DNA of 64,000 bases. Origin: Myxococcota bacterium. Its GTDB lineage: Bacteria > Myxococcota_A > JAVEVO01. This document shows positions 43,034-51,955 of the stretch, piece by piece (positions within the stretch are counted from its first letter, which is position 1; every line of letters begins with the position of its first letter). Both the position numbers and the translations under genes were made by a program. A model generated the notes under the pieces. It did not search any database. It had not been told where the DNA came from and was given only the letters and a program-made list of their open reading frames with translations. The stretch is from assembly GCA_034005005.1 (NCBI GenBank), contig JAVEVO010000002.1:4389-68388 (forward strand), read 5' to 3'.

Positions 43034-44004
43034 CCTGCATGCCTCGTCCGGGGGTCGAGGCCGAGCAAAGCCAGGTCGGCCAGCAGGTTGCCGAGCACCA
43101 GCAGCACCGCGGCGGCGAGCAGGGAGGCCAGCAGCAAGGGGGCGTCACGCTGGAGCACCGCCTCGTAGGTGAGGGAGGCGAGCCCAGGCCACGCGAAGAC
43201 GATCTCGACGAGGAAGGAGCCGCCGAGCAGCCCGCCGAGGCTGCCGCCGAGCTGGGTCAGCAGAGGGTTGCGGAGCTGCCGGCCCGCGTGGCGCAGCACC
43301 AGGCCCTCGGGCAGGCCGAGGAGGCGGGCGTTGCGGACGTGGGGCAGGCCCAGGGCCTCGATCATCAGCCCCCGCACCTGACGCAACAACCCGCCGACGC
43401 CGGTGAGGACCAGCACCGCCACGGGCAACACCAGGTGCCAGACCAGGTCGCGCAGCCGGGCGCCGGGCCCCCACCCGTCCCAGCCGAGCTGATCGTGCAG
43501 CCCGCCGACGGGGAAGAGCCCGGTGGACGCGGCGAACAGCAGCAAGAGCAAGGCGAGGAGCACGGGAGGGGTGGAGAGCCCGAGGTAGGCCAGCAGGCCG
43601 AGCAACCGGTCGAGCAGGCCCCGCGGCCGCAAGGCGGCCAGCACCCCGAGCCCCACCCCGAGCACCCAGATCAGGACCAGGCTGGTGCCCGTGAGCAGCA
43701 GGGTGTTGCCGGTGCGCTCCCGGATCAACTGGCTCACGGGGAGCTGGTAGCGGAGGGAGAGCCCCAGGTCTCCTTGCAGCAGGCGGCTCAGCCAGCGCAG
43801 GTAGCGGGTCGGCAGGGGGTCGTCCAGACCGTACAGGGCACGCAGCCCCGCCACCTGCTCCTGGCTGATCTGGGGGTCCGCGAGCAACCGGCTGAAGGCG
43901 TCGCCGCCGGCGCGGGACAGCAGCCAGAAGGACAGGAAGCTGACCGCCAGCAGCAGGGGCAGCAGCCCCAACACGCGCCGCAGGATCAGCCCCCGGGCGT
44001 TCAT
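43030..44004 (-). CDS. ABC transporter permease, DppB/OppB-type
   Basis: MNARGLILRRVLGLLPLLLAVSFLSFWLL… is typical of the DppB N-terminus, with an EAA-loop region. Confidence 0.8.
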   Translation of the reverse strand: MNARGLILRRVLGLLPLLLAVSFLSFWLLSRAGGDAFSRLLADPQISQEQVAGLRALYGLDDPLPTRYLRWLSRLLQGDLGLSLRYQLPVSQLIRERTGNTLLLTGTSLVLIWVLGVGLGVLAALRPRGLLDRLLGLLAYLGLSTPPVLLALLLLLFAASTGLFPVGGLHDQLGWDGWGPGARLRDLVWHLVLPVAVLVLTGVGGLLRQVRGLMIEALGLPHVRNARLLGLPEGLVLRHAGRQLRNPLLTQLGGSLGGLLGGSFLVEIVFAWPGLASLTYEAVLQRDAPLLLASLLAAAVLLVLGNLLADLALLGLDPRTRHAG

Positions 44005-45887
44005 CGCTCCCGGTACAGCAGGTGCGCGTTCCAGTAGGAGTGGGGCCGGAAGACGGTGGGCTGGAGGTTGCCGATCCCCCGCCGCGCGGCCACGTACTGG
44101 TTGCTGTTGTAGGTGAAGATCTGGGCCTGCTGGGAGGCGAAGATCTCGCTGAGCTCCCGGTACAGGGCTTGCCGCGCGGCGAGCTCGAGGGTGCTGGAGA
44201 GCTGACCGACCAGCTCGTCCAGCCGCCGCTCCCAGTCGCTGGCCGGCTGGGTCTGGCCCGGGTGCCAGAGGTGGAGCTGGCCGGAGCTGAGGAAGACGTT
44301 CTTGCTCAGCACCGGGTCGGGGGGCACCGCGGCGCCCCAGGCGCCCAGCAGGGCCTCCCAGTCGTGGGTCTCCCGCAAGGCGGTGACGTAGCCGTTGAAC
44401 GGCAGCACGCGCAGATCGACCTGCACGCCGATCCGGAGGAGGTCGGCCTTGATCGCGGTCGCCACCGCGACCCGCTCCCGGTTCTCGGCGTTGGTGGTGA
44501 TCGCGAAGCGCACGGGGTGGCCCCGGCCGTCGTCCCGGATGCCGTCCGCGTCGGTGTCGCGCAGCCCGAGCTCATCGAGGAGCTGCCCGGCTCGCCCGGG
44601 ATCGTGGGGGAAGCGGGGACAGTCCGAGGCCCAGCGCCGGTTGCTCGGGGAGTCGAAGCAGTACAGGGGGCGCCCCCGGCCGAGCAGCACCGTGGCGACG
44701 ATCCCCTCCCGATCGAGGCCGTGGCTCACGGCCTGGCGAAAGCGGGGATCCGCGAACCAGGCCCGGCGGACCGGATCGACGAGGGGCCGGCCGTCGGCCG
44801 TCGTTCCTGGATTCCAGTTGAAGGACAGGTAGTTGGCGGTGAGCGCGGGCCCGAGATCCCGGAGCTCGTAGCCCCCCGCAGCCTGCTGCCGCTCCAGGAG
44901 ATCGAGCTGATCGGCCGGCACCTCCTCGTACAGGTCGATCTCGCCCCGCTGGAAGCGGAGCAGGGCCGCGTTGAAATCGGGGACCATCACCCAGAGGACC
45001 CGGTCGAGGTAGGGCAGCCGCTGACCGGCTGGATCCAGCTTCCAGTAATAGGGATTTCGTTCCAGAACGAGGCGCTGACCTGGCACGAAGGTCTTGATCC
45101 GGAACGGCCCCGACGCGACCAGCTCGCGAGGCGGCGTGAGGACGTTGTAGGCCTGGTGCAGCCGGCCTGCGCGGTAGTGCCGCTCGAGCCGGGCCCGGGG
45201 CGCGAGGTAGACGGAGCCGATCGCCGCGAGGAAGAGGACGTTGGGCTCGCGCAGGGTGAAGCGGACGTGGCCCGCGTCGACCTTCGTGACCTCCGGCAGG
45301 TGGCCCCGGGAGTCCTTGAAGAGATCGGCCAGGGAGTTGGGGACGGACGGGTCGAAGAGGACCTGCAGGCTGAAGACCACGTCGTCCGCGTCGAAGGGGG
45401 TGCCATCGGACCAGCGGACGCCTCGCCGCAAGGTCAGCAGCCAGGTCCGGCCGTCCGCCGAGCTCTCCCAGCCCGTCGCCAGCTCCGGCTCCTCGCGCTG
45501 GGAGAGCGGGTCCCAGCGGACCAGGGTGGTGTAGACCAGGGGGAAGAGCACGTCGGTGGTCGACTGCTCGTCCGCGAGCAGCGGGTTGAAGGTCTTGGGA
45601 TCGGACGGCGTGGGCAGCACGAGCTCACCACCGTGGCGACCGATGCTCAGCCCCTCCCGGGCCGGCTCGCGCAGGGGCTCGTCCGCGAGGGGGAGCAGGA
45701 AGGGAGGCTCGGGGAGGCGGGGGGCCGGGCTCGGCGAGGTCTCGGCCGTCGGCTCCGGCCGGGCCGGACAGCCGGCCAGGAGCGTGGCGAGCGCGCCGAG
45801 CACCAGCAAGGTGGGCAGACTGGCCGCCACGGGGCCGGCGACGCGGCCGCGCCCGCCCGGGATCGGTGATCGGTCGTCGCCGCGCAT
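44001..45887 (-). CDS. ABC transporter substrate-binding lipoprotein, family 5 (DppA/OppA/NikA-like)
   Basis: ATG 45887 (MRGDDRS…), lipobox LLAGC, and SBP_bac_5 features (…LVLPTPSDPKTFNPLL…RWSDGTPFDADDVVFS…). Confidence 0.8.
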   Translation of the reverse strand: MRGDDRSPIPGGRGRVAGPVAASLPTLLVLGALATLLAGCPARPEPTAETSPSPAPRLPEPPFLLPLADEPLREPAREGLSIGRHGGELVLPTPSDPKTFNPLLADEQSTTDVLFPLVYTTLVRWDPLSQREEPELATGWESSADGRTWLLTLRRGVRWSDGTPFDADDVVFSLQVLFDPSVPNSLADLFKDSRGHLPEVTKVDAGHVRFTLREPNVLFLAAIGSVYLAPRARLERHYRAGRLHQAYNVLTPPRELVASGPFRIKTFVPGQRLVLERNPYYWKLDPAGQRLPYLDRVLWVMVPDFNAALLRFQRGEIDLYEEVPADQLDLLERQQAAGGYELRDLGPALTANYLSFNWNPGTTADGRPLVDPVRRAWFADPRFRQAVSHGLDREGIVATVLLGRGRPLYCFDSPSNRRWASDCPRFPHDPGRAGQLLDELGLRDTDADGIRDDGRGHPVRFAITTNAENRERVAVATAIKADLLRIGVQVDLRVLPFNGYVTALRETHDWEALLGAWGAAVPPDPVLSKNVFLSSGQLHLWHPGQTQPASDWERRLDELVGQLSSTLELAARQALYRELSEIFASQQAQIFTYNSNQYVAARRGIGNLQPTVFRPHSYWNAHLLYRER

Positions 45888-46204
45888 CCTCCCTCCACCA
45901 GCCACTCGCTCTCTAGGATGCCCGTCTCGCGGGCGGGCCACAAGTTCGCGCGGCCGAACCGCCACCCCCGGTCTCCCCTGCTCGGCCCGGGCCGGGGCCT
46001 GCCGCGGCAGCACCCCCGGCCGGACCGATGAATACGCCGTCGCCGGCCGACGTCCATCCCCTGGATCGGCGCCGGCCCATGGCCGCTCGCCGGTCCGGGC
46101 GAGTGGCGGGCCGCGACGGGCCCGGGGAGGATTGCCCGAGCGGCCGCCCTTGGTTATGCTCGGATCGACGGTTCGACCACTTGCCCCGAGGAGATGGAGG
46201 GACG

Positions 46205-46933
46205 ATGCCGGTTTCGCGAACTTTCCAGCGCTGGCTCCTGGTTGTCGTGGGGGTCTCGACCCTGCTGCTCGCTACGCCCGACCCCCTCGCCGACGCCAAG
46301 GGGAAAGCCAAGGGCAAGGCCCCCAAGGCGCCTCTCGCCGAGGGCGACGTCGTCGAGACCATGGCGCAACTGCGCGACCTCAACGGCAAGGTCCTCGACC
46401 TCGGCCTGCTCTGCGGGCCTGCGGCCCGGATGTACAACCCCGCCCGCCCCAAGGCCTTGCTGCTGGACATCTACATGACGACCTGCGTCCCCTGCAACGC
46501 CGCCTTGCCCCTGCTCGGCGAGCTCGCCGCCAAGCTGGAGCCGCGGGGGCTGCGGACGCTGCTCATCAGCCTCGACGGGACCGAGCACGCCGGCCCCGAC
46601 GGGGTGAGCAACGCGACCCTGCGTGAGAAGGTCGCCGCGGCGCACCTCGCCGACAGCAACATCGTCCGCGACCCGGGCCAGGTGCTCGCGGAAGACCTCG
46701 ACGTGGTGACCAACGATCCGGCCAAGGGCCGCACGGTCAGCGTGCCGCGTACCTTCCTCCTGGACGAGGACTGCCGGATCCGGGGGCTGTACACCTCCCT
46801 CGAGGAGAGCCGCCAGCTCCTCGAGGAGAGCTTCGAGAAGATCCTCACCGCGCCTCCCCCCGACGCGACACCGGGGAAGGGGAAGGGCAAGGGGAAGGGC
46901 AAGGGGAAGGGGAAGGCAAAGGGCGGCAAGTAG
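46205..46933 (+). CDS. TlpA/ResA-like thiol-disulfide oxidoreductase (CxxC) with Lys-Gly repeat N- and C-terminal tails
   Basis: Signal-anchor MPVSRTFQRWLLVVVGVSTLLLA, then KGKAKGKAPKAP. Redox motif TTCVPC. C-terminal GKGKGKGKGKGKGKAKGGK encoded by a (gggaag)n-like repeat at about 46878-46930. Confidence 0.65.
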   Translation: MPVSRTFQRWLLVVVGVSTLLLATPDPLADAKGKAKGKAPKAPLAEGDVVETMAQLRDLNGKVLDLGLLCGPAARMYNPARPKALLLDIYMTTCVPCNAALPLLGELAAKLEPRGLRTLLISLDGTEHAGPDGVSNATLREKVAAAHLADSNIVRDPGQVLAEDLDVVTNDPAKGRTVSVPRTFLLDEDCRIRGLYTSLEESRQLLEESFEKILTAPPPDATPGKGKGKGKGKGKGKAKGGK

Positions 46934-47047
46934 CCCCGCCCGGCCGCCGAGGGCTCCACCCTCCCGACCACGCCGGCCAGCTCCCCCCGGACACGGTTGC
47001 TCCCCACCGCCGGCTCGTCGGCCGCAGGGTGGGTGCTCAGGAGAACG

Positions 47048-50000
47048 ATGACGCCCACCTGCCGACGCGCACCGGGCAACCACCGCGGCTCCCGGATCCC
47101 CCCCGGCTCAGCAGGCCTCTGCTGGCTGCTGCTGTCCTTCGCCGGCGCCGCCCCGGTCCTGGCCGAGGAGGCCCCCCGGCCGCTGCTGCTGGCCCCCTGC
47201 GACAGCCGGGAGACTGCGCTGCAGGGACAGGCCCAGCCGTACTCGCAGCAGCTCGAGGCCGCGCTCCACGCGACGGGCCGCTTCGCAGCCGCGACGGGCG
47301 GCTCTCCGACGGCCGCGGCCGGGCCGGCCCCGGCGTGCCCCGCGGCCCGGCTCGACCGGGCCTGCTGGGTCCGGCAGGGCACCCTGGCCGGCGCGCAGCG
47401 GCTGGTGACCAGCGAGCTCTGGGGCGAGCCGCCCGCGTGCATGGTCACCGTGCACCTGCTGGAGCTGCCGGGGGGCCGGGTGCTGCGCAAGGTGCAGGAC
47501 ACCTACAACTGCCGCATCGAGGATCTGCTGGCGCGGGTGGAGCACCACGGCCGGCAGCTCGCCGATCTCCCCCCCCTGCCCGGCGCCACGACGCACCGCG
47601 GGGTGACCCTCGCCCGCTCGCCCGCCACGCCGGCGGCCGGGCCCACCCTGCAGCTCAGCACCGAGCCGGCGGGCGCCGACGTCTACCTGGACGGCGAGCT
47701 GCGCGGCAAGGCGCCCCTGACGCTCTCCGGGCTGGCCCCGGGTGAGCACAGCCTGGTGTTGGTCCGGGAGGGGTACGCCGACCTGGTCAAGGGGCTGCTG
47801 CTGCCGGCCACGGGGACGGTCACGGTCCAGGAGCGCCTGGTCGCGGCCACCGGCGGGGTGAAGGTGACCTCCGTCCCCGTCGGGGCGCAGGTCGAGATCG
47901 GGGGCCAGGCACGCGGCGTCACCCCCCTGACCGTCCGGGGGCTCGCGGCCGGGACCCAGGTGGTGCGGCTGCTGCTGGCGGGCCACCCACCGTGGGAGAG
48001 CCGGGTCGAGGTGAAGGCGGGGGCCCTGATCGAGGTCGTCGGCCGGCTCGGCGGCAAGGACGGCAAGGTGATCTTCTCCTCCGTGCCCGCCAAGGCCAAG
48101 GTCTTCGTCGACGAGCGCGAGCGGGGGACCACCCCCCTGACCCTCGCCCTCCCTCCGGGGAGCCACCGGGTCCGGTTCGAGAAGGACGGTCATGGCCCGC
48201 AGGAGCGCGAGCTGCTCCTGCAGCCCGGCGAGGCCCGCAGCCTGAGCGTGACCCTGGCCCGTCAGGCCACGCCGGCGGCCGGCGTCGTCGCCGGGCACGA
48301 GCTCACCCTCTTCACCCCGGAGGCGCGCGCCTTCGATGCCCGGGACGAGCGCTTCCTCCGGGAGGCGGAGGCCCTCGGCTTCAAGCTCGATCGCCGTCAC
48401 TACCCCTCCAACCCCGAGGGCAACATCAAGGTGGCCCGCGGCAACCGAGCCCTGGCCGAGCGCGTCCAGGCCCTGGTCCGAAAGCACCATGGCAAGGAGC
48501 TGGAGATCCGCGAGACCTTCTCCGAGGGTGACCGGGACGTCTTCGTGAACCTGGGGAGCGACACGCCGACCGAGGACCTGCTCTCGGCCGTCACCGGTCC
48601 CGTCGTGCCAAAAGCCGCGCCCAACGGCTTCGAGGTCACCCTGTTCACCCCCGACAAGCGCCCCCGGAGCCCGGCCGACGACCGGCTGCTCAGCGAGCTG
48701 GAGGCCGCGGGCTTCCGCATCGACCGGGGGAGCTACGCCTCCAACCCCGACGCCAACGTGAAGGTGCCCCAGGGGAAGCGCACCCTCGGTGAGCAGGTGC
48801 TGCAGGTGGTCCGCCGCTACTACCAGGGGGATTTCCCCATCCTCGAGGTGTTCGGCGAGACGGAGACCGACGTCTTCATCAACCTCGGCCAGGCGGTCCC
48901 CGTGCTGGACGACGCCGCGGTCGAGGACGAGGCCGCGACCGACGAGGACGACCGGCAGCCCAACGTCGTGGTCTTCACGCCGGGCGCACGGCCGTTCAAC
49001 GATGCGGACCGGCGGCTGCTGGAGACCTTGCGGGGGCTCGGCCTGAGCGTCCAGGAGACGCCCGGCGGCGGGGGCTCCAACCCCGAGTCGAGCATCAAGG
49101 TGGCGACCGGCCGGGCCTTCGTCGGCGAGCGGATCCGGCCGCTGCTGCAGCGCTGCTACGACCAGCCCTTCCCCGTGAAGGAGCTGTTCGAGCCGGGCAG
49201 CGACGACGTCTTCGTGAACCTCGGCGAGCAGGCCGCCCCCCTGCCGGGCTGCACCATGCCGGCGCTGGCCGCCGAGGCGACGCAGCCCCCCGCCTCCCGA
49301 CACCGGGTCGTGGTCTTCACCCCCGGGGCGCGCCCCTTCACCGAGGCCGATCGCACCTTGCTCACGGAGCTGCGCACCGGGGGCTTCGAGGTCCAGGAGC
49401 GTCCCGGCGGCGGCGGCAGCAACGAGGACCCCAACATCAAGGTCGGCAAGGGCAAGCTGGCCCTGGGCATCCGGGTGCAGGAGGTCGCCCGCGGCTGCTA
49501 CGACCAGCCCTTCCAGGTCAAGGAGCTCTTCGACGAGGACGACACCGACATCTACCTCAACCTCGGTGCCCGGGCCGACGAGCGGGTCCGGTGCGGCTCG
49601 CCCCCGGGCCCGGGCGAGCAGACCGTCGTGGATCCCCGCGACGGGCCGCGCGGGGCGCCGCCGCGCGCCATCGATCCCACCCGCTACCGCATCCGGTTCT
49701 TCACCCCCGACAGCCGGCCCCTGGGCGATGGCGAGCTGGAGCTGCAGGAGCGGCTCCGGCGGATGGGCTTCCGGGTCGAGCAGGAGCCCCTCGCCGCGAG
49801 CGACCGCCCCAACATCAAGGTCGGCTCGGACCAGATCGCGGCCGGCGAGCGGGTGCAGCGCACCATCACCGAGCTCCTCGGGCGGGAGCTCGAGCTGAAG
49901 CCGGCGTTCAACGCGGGCGACGGGGACATCTTCGTGACCTTCGGCGGAGAGGGCGAGGAGGAGCTGGAGCCGGACCGCGGGGCGCTCCCCGAGGAGGTCG

Positions 50001-50359
50001 GGACCGGCGCGGCCGCCCTGCTCGGCCGCGAGCTGTACTCCCAGTTCACGGTGCTGCTGTTCACCCCGGGGAGCCGGCCCCTGAACGCCTCCGACGACAA
50101 GATCCTCAGGGATCTCAAGGCATTGGGATTCCAGGTGGTCGACGATCGCTCGGGCGGCGGCGGCTCCAACGAGGAGTCCAACGTCAAGGTCGGGCGCGGG
50201 TTCGGCCAGGTGGGCAACATCGTCCGCCGGGTGGCCCAGCGCTGCTACGACCAGCCCTTCCCCCTGCTCGAGGCCTTCGAGCCCGGCGACACCGACATCT
50301 ACATCAACCTGGGTGCGGACGCGGACCGCAAGACGCGCTGCGGCAAGACCCGGCTGTAG
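47048..50359 (+). CDS. Secreted PEGA-domain protein (3 PEGA domains) followed by six roughly 90-aa repeats of unknown function
   Basis: RBS then ATG 47048, with a signal peptide. PEGA motifs (LSTEPAGADVYLDGELRGKAPL; VTSVPVGAQVEIGGQARGVTPL; FSSVPAKAKVFVDERERGTTPL). Repeats have consensus …FTP..RP….D..LL..L…GF………GGGSN….NIKVG.G……RCYDQPFP…LFE.GD.DI..NLG. Confidence 0.7.
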   Translation: MTPTCRRAPGNHRGSRIPPGSAGLCWLLLSFAGAAPVLAEEAPRPLLLAPCDSRETALQGQAQPYSQQLEAALHATGRFAAATGGSPTAAAGPAPACPAARLDRACWVRQGTLAGAQRLVTSELWGEPPACMVTVHLLELPGGRVLRKVQDTYNCRIEDLLARVEHHGRQLADLPPLPGATTHRGVTLARSPATPAAGPTLQLSTEPAGADVYLDGELRGKAPLTLSGLAPGEHSLVLVREGYADLVKGLLLPATGTVTVQERLVAATGGVKVTSVPVGAQVEIGGQARGVTPLTVRGLAAGTQVVRLLLAGHPPWESRVEVKAGALIEVVGRLGGKDGKVIFSSVPAKAKVFVDERERGTTPLTLALPPGSHRVRFEKDGHGPQERELLLQPGEARSLSVTLARQATPAAGVVAGHELTLFTPEARAFDARDERFLREAEALGFKLDRRHYPSNPEGNIKVARGNRALAERVQALVRKHHGKELEIRETFSEGDRDVFVNLGSDTPTEDLLSAVTGPVVPKAAPNGFEVTLFTPDKRPRSPADDRLLSELEAAGFRIDRGSYASNPDANVKVPQGKRTLGEQVLQVVRRYYQGDFPILEVFGETETDVFINLGQAVPVLDDAAVEDEAATDEDDRQPNVVVFTPGARPFNDADRRLLETLRGLGLSVQETPGGGGSNPESSIKVATGRAFVGERIRPLLQRCYDQPFPVKELFEPGSDDVFVNLGEQAAPLPGCTMPALAAEATQPPASRHRVVVFTPGARPFTEADRTLLTELRTGGFEVQERPGGGGSNEDPNIKVGKGKLALGIRVQEVARGCYDQPFQVKELFDEDDTDIYLNLGARADERVRCGSPPGPGEQTVVDPRDGPRGAPPRAIDPTRYRIRFFTPDSRPLGDGELELQERLRRMGFRVEQEPLAASDRPNIKVGSDQIAAGERVQRTITELLGRELELKPAFNAGDGDIFVTFGGEGEEELEPDRGALPEEVGTGAAALLGRELYSQFTVLLFTPGSRPLNASDDKILRDLKALGFQVVDDRSGGGGSNEESNVKVGRGFGQVGNIVRRVAQRCYDQPFPLLEAFEPGDTDIYINLGADADRKTRCGKTRL

Positions 50360-50380
50360 TACCTCGTCACCGCACGGCTA

Positions 50381-50407
50381 GCCGGTCACGCGCTCGTGGC
50401 GACCGGC
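50381..50407. terminator. Weak hairpin between the convergent PEGA and OMP genes
   Basis: gccggtc (50381-50387), a 13-nt loop, then gaccggc (50401-50407). Confidence 0.2.
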
Positions 50408-50421
50408 CGGCACGCCGGTCG

Positions 50422-51870
50422 TCAGAACTCCACGGCCACCCCCAGCTCCGAGGAGATGAGCCGCGTCCAGGAGGTGCTGCCCGCGAAGTCGTAGACCAGG
50501 TGCAGGGTCGTCGTCGAGGTGAGGCTCCAGGTGGCGAGGCCGCCCCGCCCCACCAGCGGGAAGGTGAACCCGGCCGGGAAGGCGAAGCCGGAGCGGAGGC
50601 GCACCTCGCTGCTGCCCTGGGCCCGCAGCAGGTAGCCCTGGTAGAACCCGGCCTGCAGCCCCACGAAGCCCGAGAGCCGGTCGCGCCAGAGGAGGCCGTC
50701 GATGCGGGGCCCGAGCATCACCCGCAACAGCACGAGGTCGTCCCCGGAGTCGACCTGGGGGATCCACAGGGTGCCGAAATCGAGCTGGGCGAAGGTCCAG
50801 TGGTCGCTCCAGCGGCGGCCGAAGCTGAGGTGACCGAGGGGGAAGAGGCTCGCGCGGTCCGTGACGTGCTCGCTCAACCCCTGCAGGAAGTTGTCGCCGG
50901 CCGCGCCGGCGCCCCCCGAGAGGGTGATGCGGAAGCGCTGTGGCTCGGGCTGCTTGTGGATGACGTCGGTGGCCAGGAGGCTGGACGCGAGCCGCAGCCC
51001 CTCGTCGAGGGAGACCGCCAGCGCGGGGAAGCTGACCGGGTCCTTGCCGAACAGGTCGAAGTACCAGACGAAGTTCAGCAAGCGATGGATCCGCAGCCCG
51101 GGCCCGAGGGCCGGCGCGGTCTTGCTCTCCAGCCCCGAGGGGAGCCCCTGGAAGGTGATCACCGCCAGGCCGAGCACCAGATCGACGCGGTCCGCGAACT
51201 CGGACCAGGCGGTGGCGCGAGACACGGTGTTCCACCCGAAGGAGACCTGCAGGGCGAGCGGGAAGGTCGCCCGGGCGACGTCACCCCGGACGCGGGCCTG
51301 TTCGGGGTCCAGGGAGCGCGCGCCCTCGGGGATCGGCAGCACCCCCACCGCGACGTCGACGTCGACCCGGTCGGGGAGGCCGTCGCCGCGGACCGGACGC
51401 AGCTCGAAGTAGTACCTCTCGACCTCATTAGAGCCTTCATCATGGATCGAAAGCTCTATGAGATCCCCCTTCCCTAGACCATAAAGCCTGGCCACTCCCA
51501 CCAGATCGATGACGAGGTCCCGGGTGTGGCCGCGCCCGTCGTCGAGGCGACGCCGGCTGCCGTCCCGGTACGCCTCGTGGGTGAGGGGGGTGAGGCCCTG
51601 GGCCGGCTCCCGGACGCGCAGGTAGGCCAGCTCGACCCAGGTCGCAGGCCGCCGGGCCCCGAGTAGCACCTCCCCCTCCCCGACGATGGTGCAAGGTGGC
51701 GAGGAGCAGTAGGCGAGCCCCCGCACCCCGGCGACGAGGGGACCGTCCTCGGGGTTGATCTCCCGGGTGGTGAACTCGACCCGGGCCATGGCCTGGCGCC
51801 CCTCGGCGCGGATCTCGGGGAAGCAGGGGGCCTTGGTGTACAGGCAGCCCGACAGCGCCAGCCCGCCGAG
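50422..51870 (-). CDS. Outer-membrane beta-barrel protein; 5' end unresolved (lipoprotein-type signal peptide lies upstream of the first ATG)
   Basis: C-terminal …SELGVAVEF (terminal Phe) and alternating beta-strand patterns. Translating upstream of ATG 51789 in frame gives …[22 protein letters not shown]|[24 protein letters not shown]…, i.e. a lipobox, but no canonical start codon before the topoisomerase B-subunit (gyrB/parE-type) stop at 51956. Confidence 0.55.
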   Translation of the reverse strand, partial: LGGLALSGCLYTKAPCFPEIRAEGRQAMARVEFTTREINPEDGPLVAGVRGLAYCSSPPCTIVGEGEVLLGARRPATWVELAYLRVREPAQGLTPLTHEAYRDGSRRRLDDGRGHTRDLVIDLVGVARLYGLGKGDLIELSIHDEGSNEVERYYFELRPVRGDGLPDRVDVDVAVGVLPIPEGARSLDPEQARVRGDVARATFPLALQVSFGWNTVSRATAWSEFADRVDLVLGLAVITFQGLPSGLESKTAPALGPGLRIHRLLNFVWYFDLFGKDPVSFPALAVSLDEGLRLASSLLATDVIHKQPEPQRFRITLSGGAGAAGDNFLQGLSEHVTDRASLFPLGHLSFGRRWSDHWTFAQLDFGTLWIPQVDSGDDLVLLRVMLGPRIDGLLWRDRLSGFVGLQAGFYQGYLLRAQGSSEVRLRSGFAFPAGFTFPLVGRGGLATWSLTSTTTLHLVYDFAGSTSWTRLISSELGVAVEF

Positions 51871-51955
51871 CGCGAGCAGACCGGGAAGGCCGCACCGGAC
51901 CAGACGGCGGGCGCCGTGCAGAGGCCGAGCCTCGCGTGGTCGTCGGGAAGCGGGC

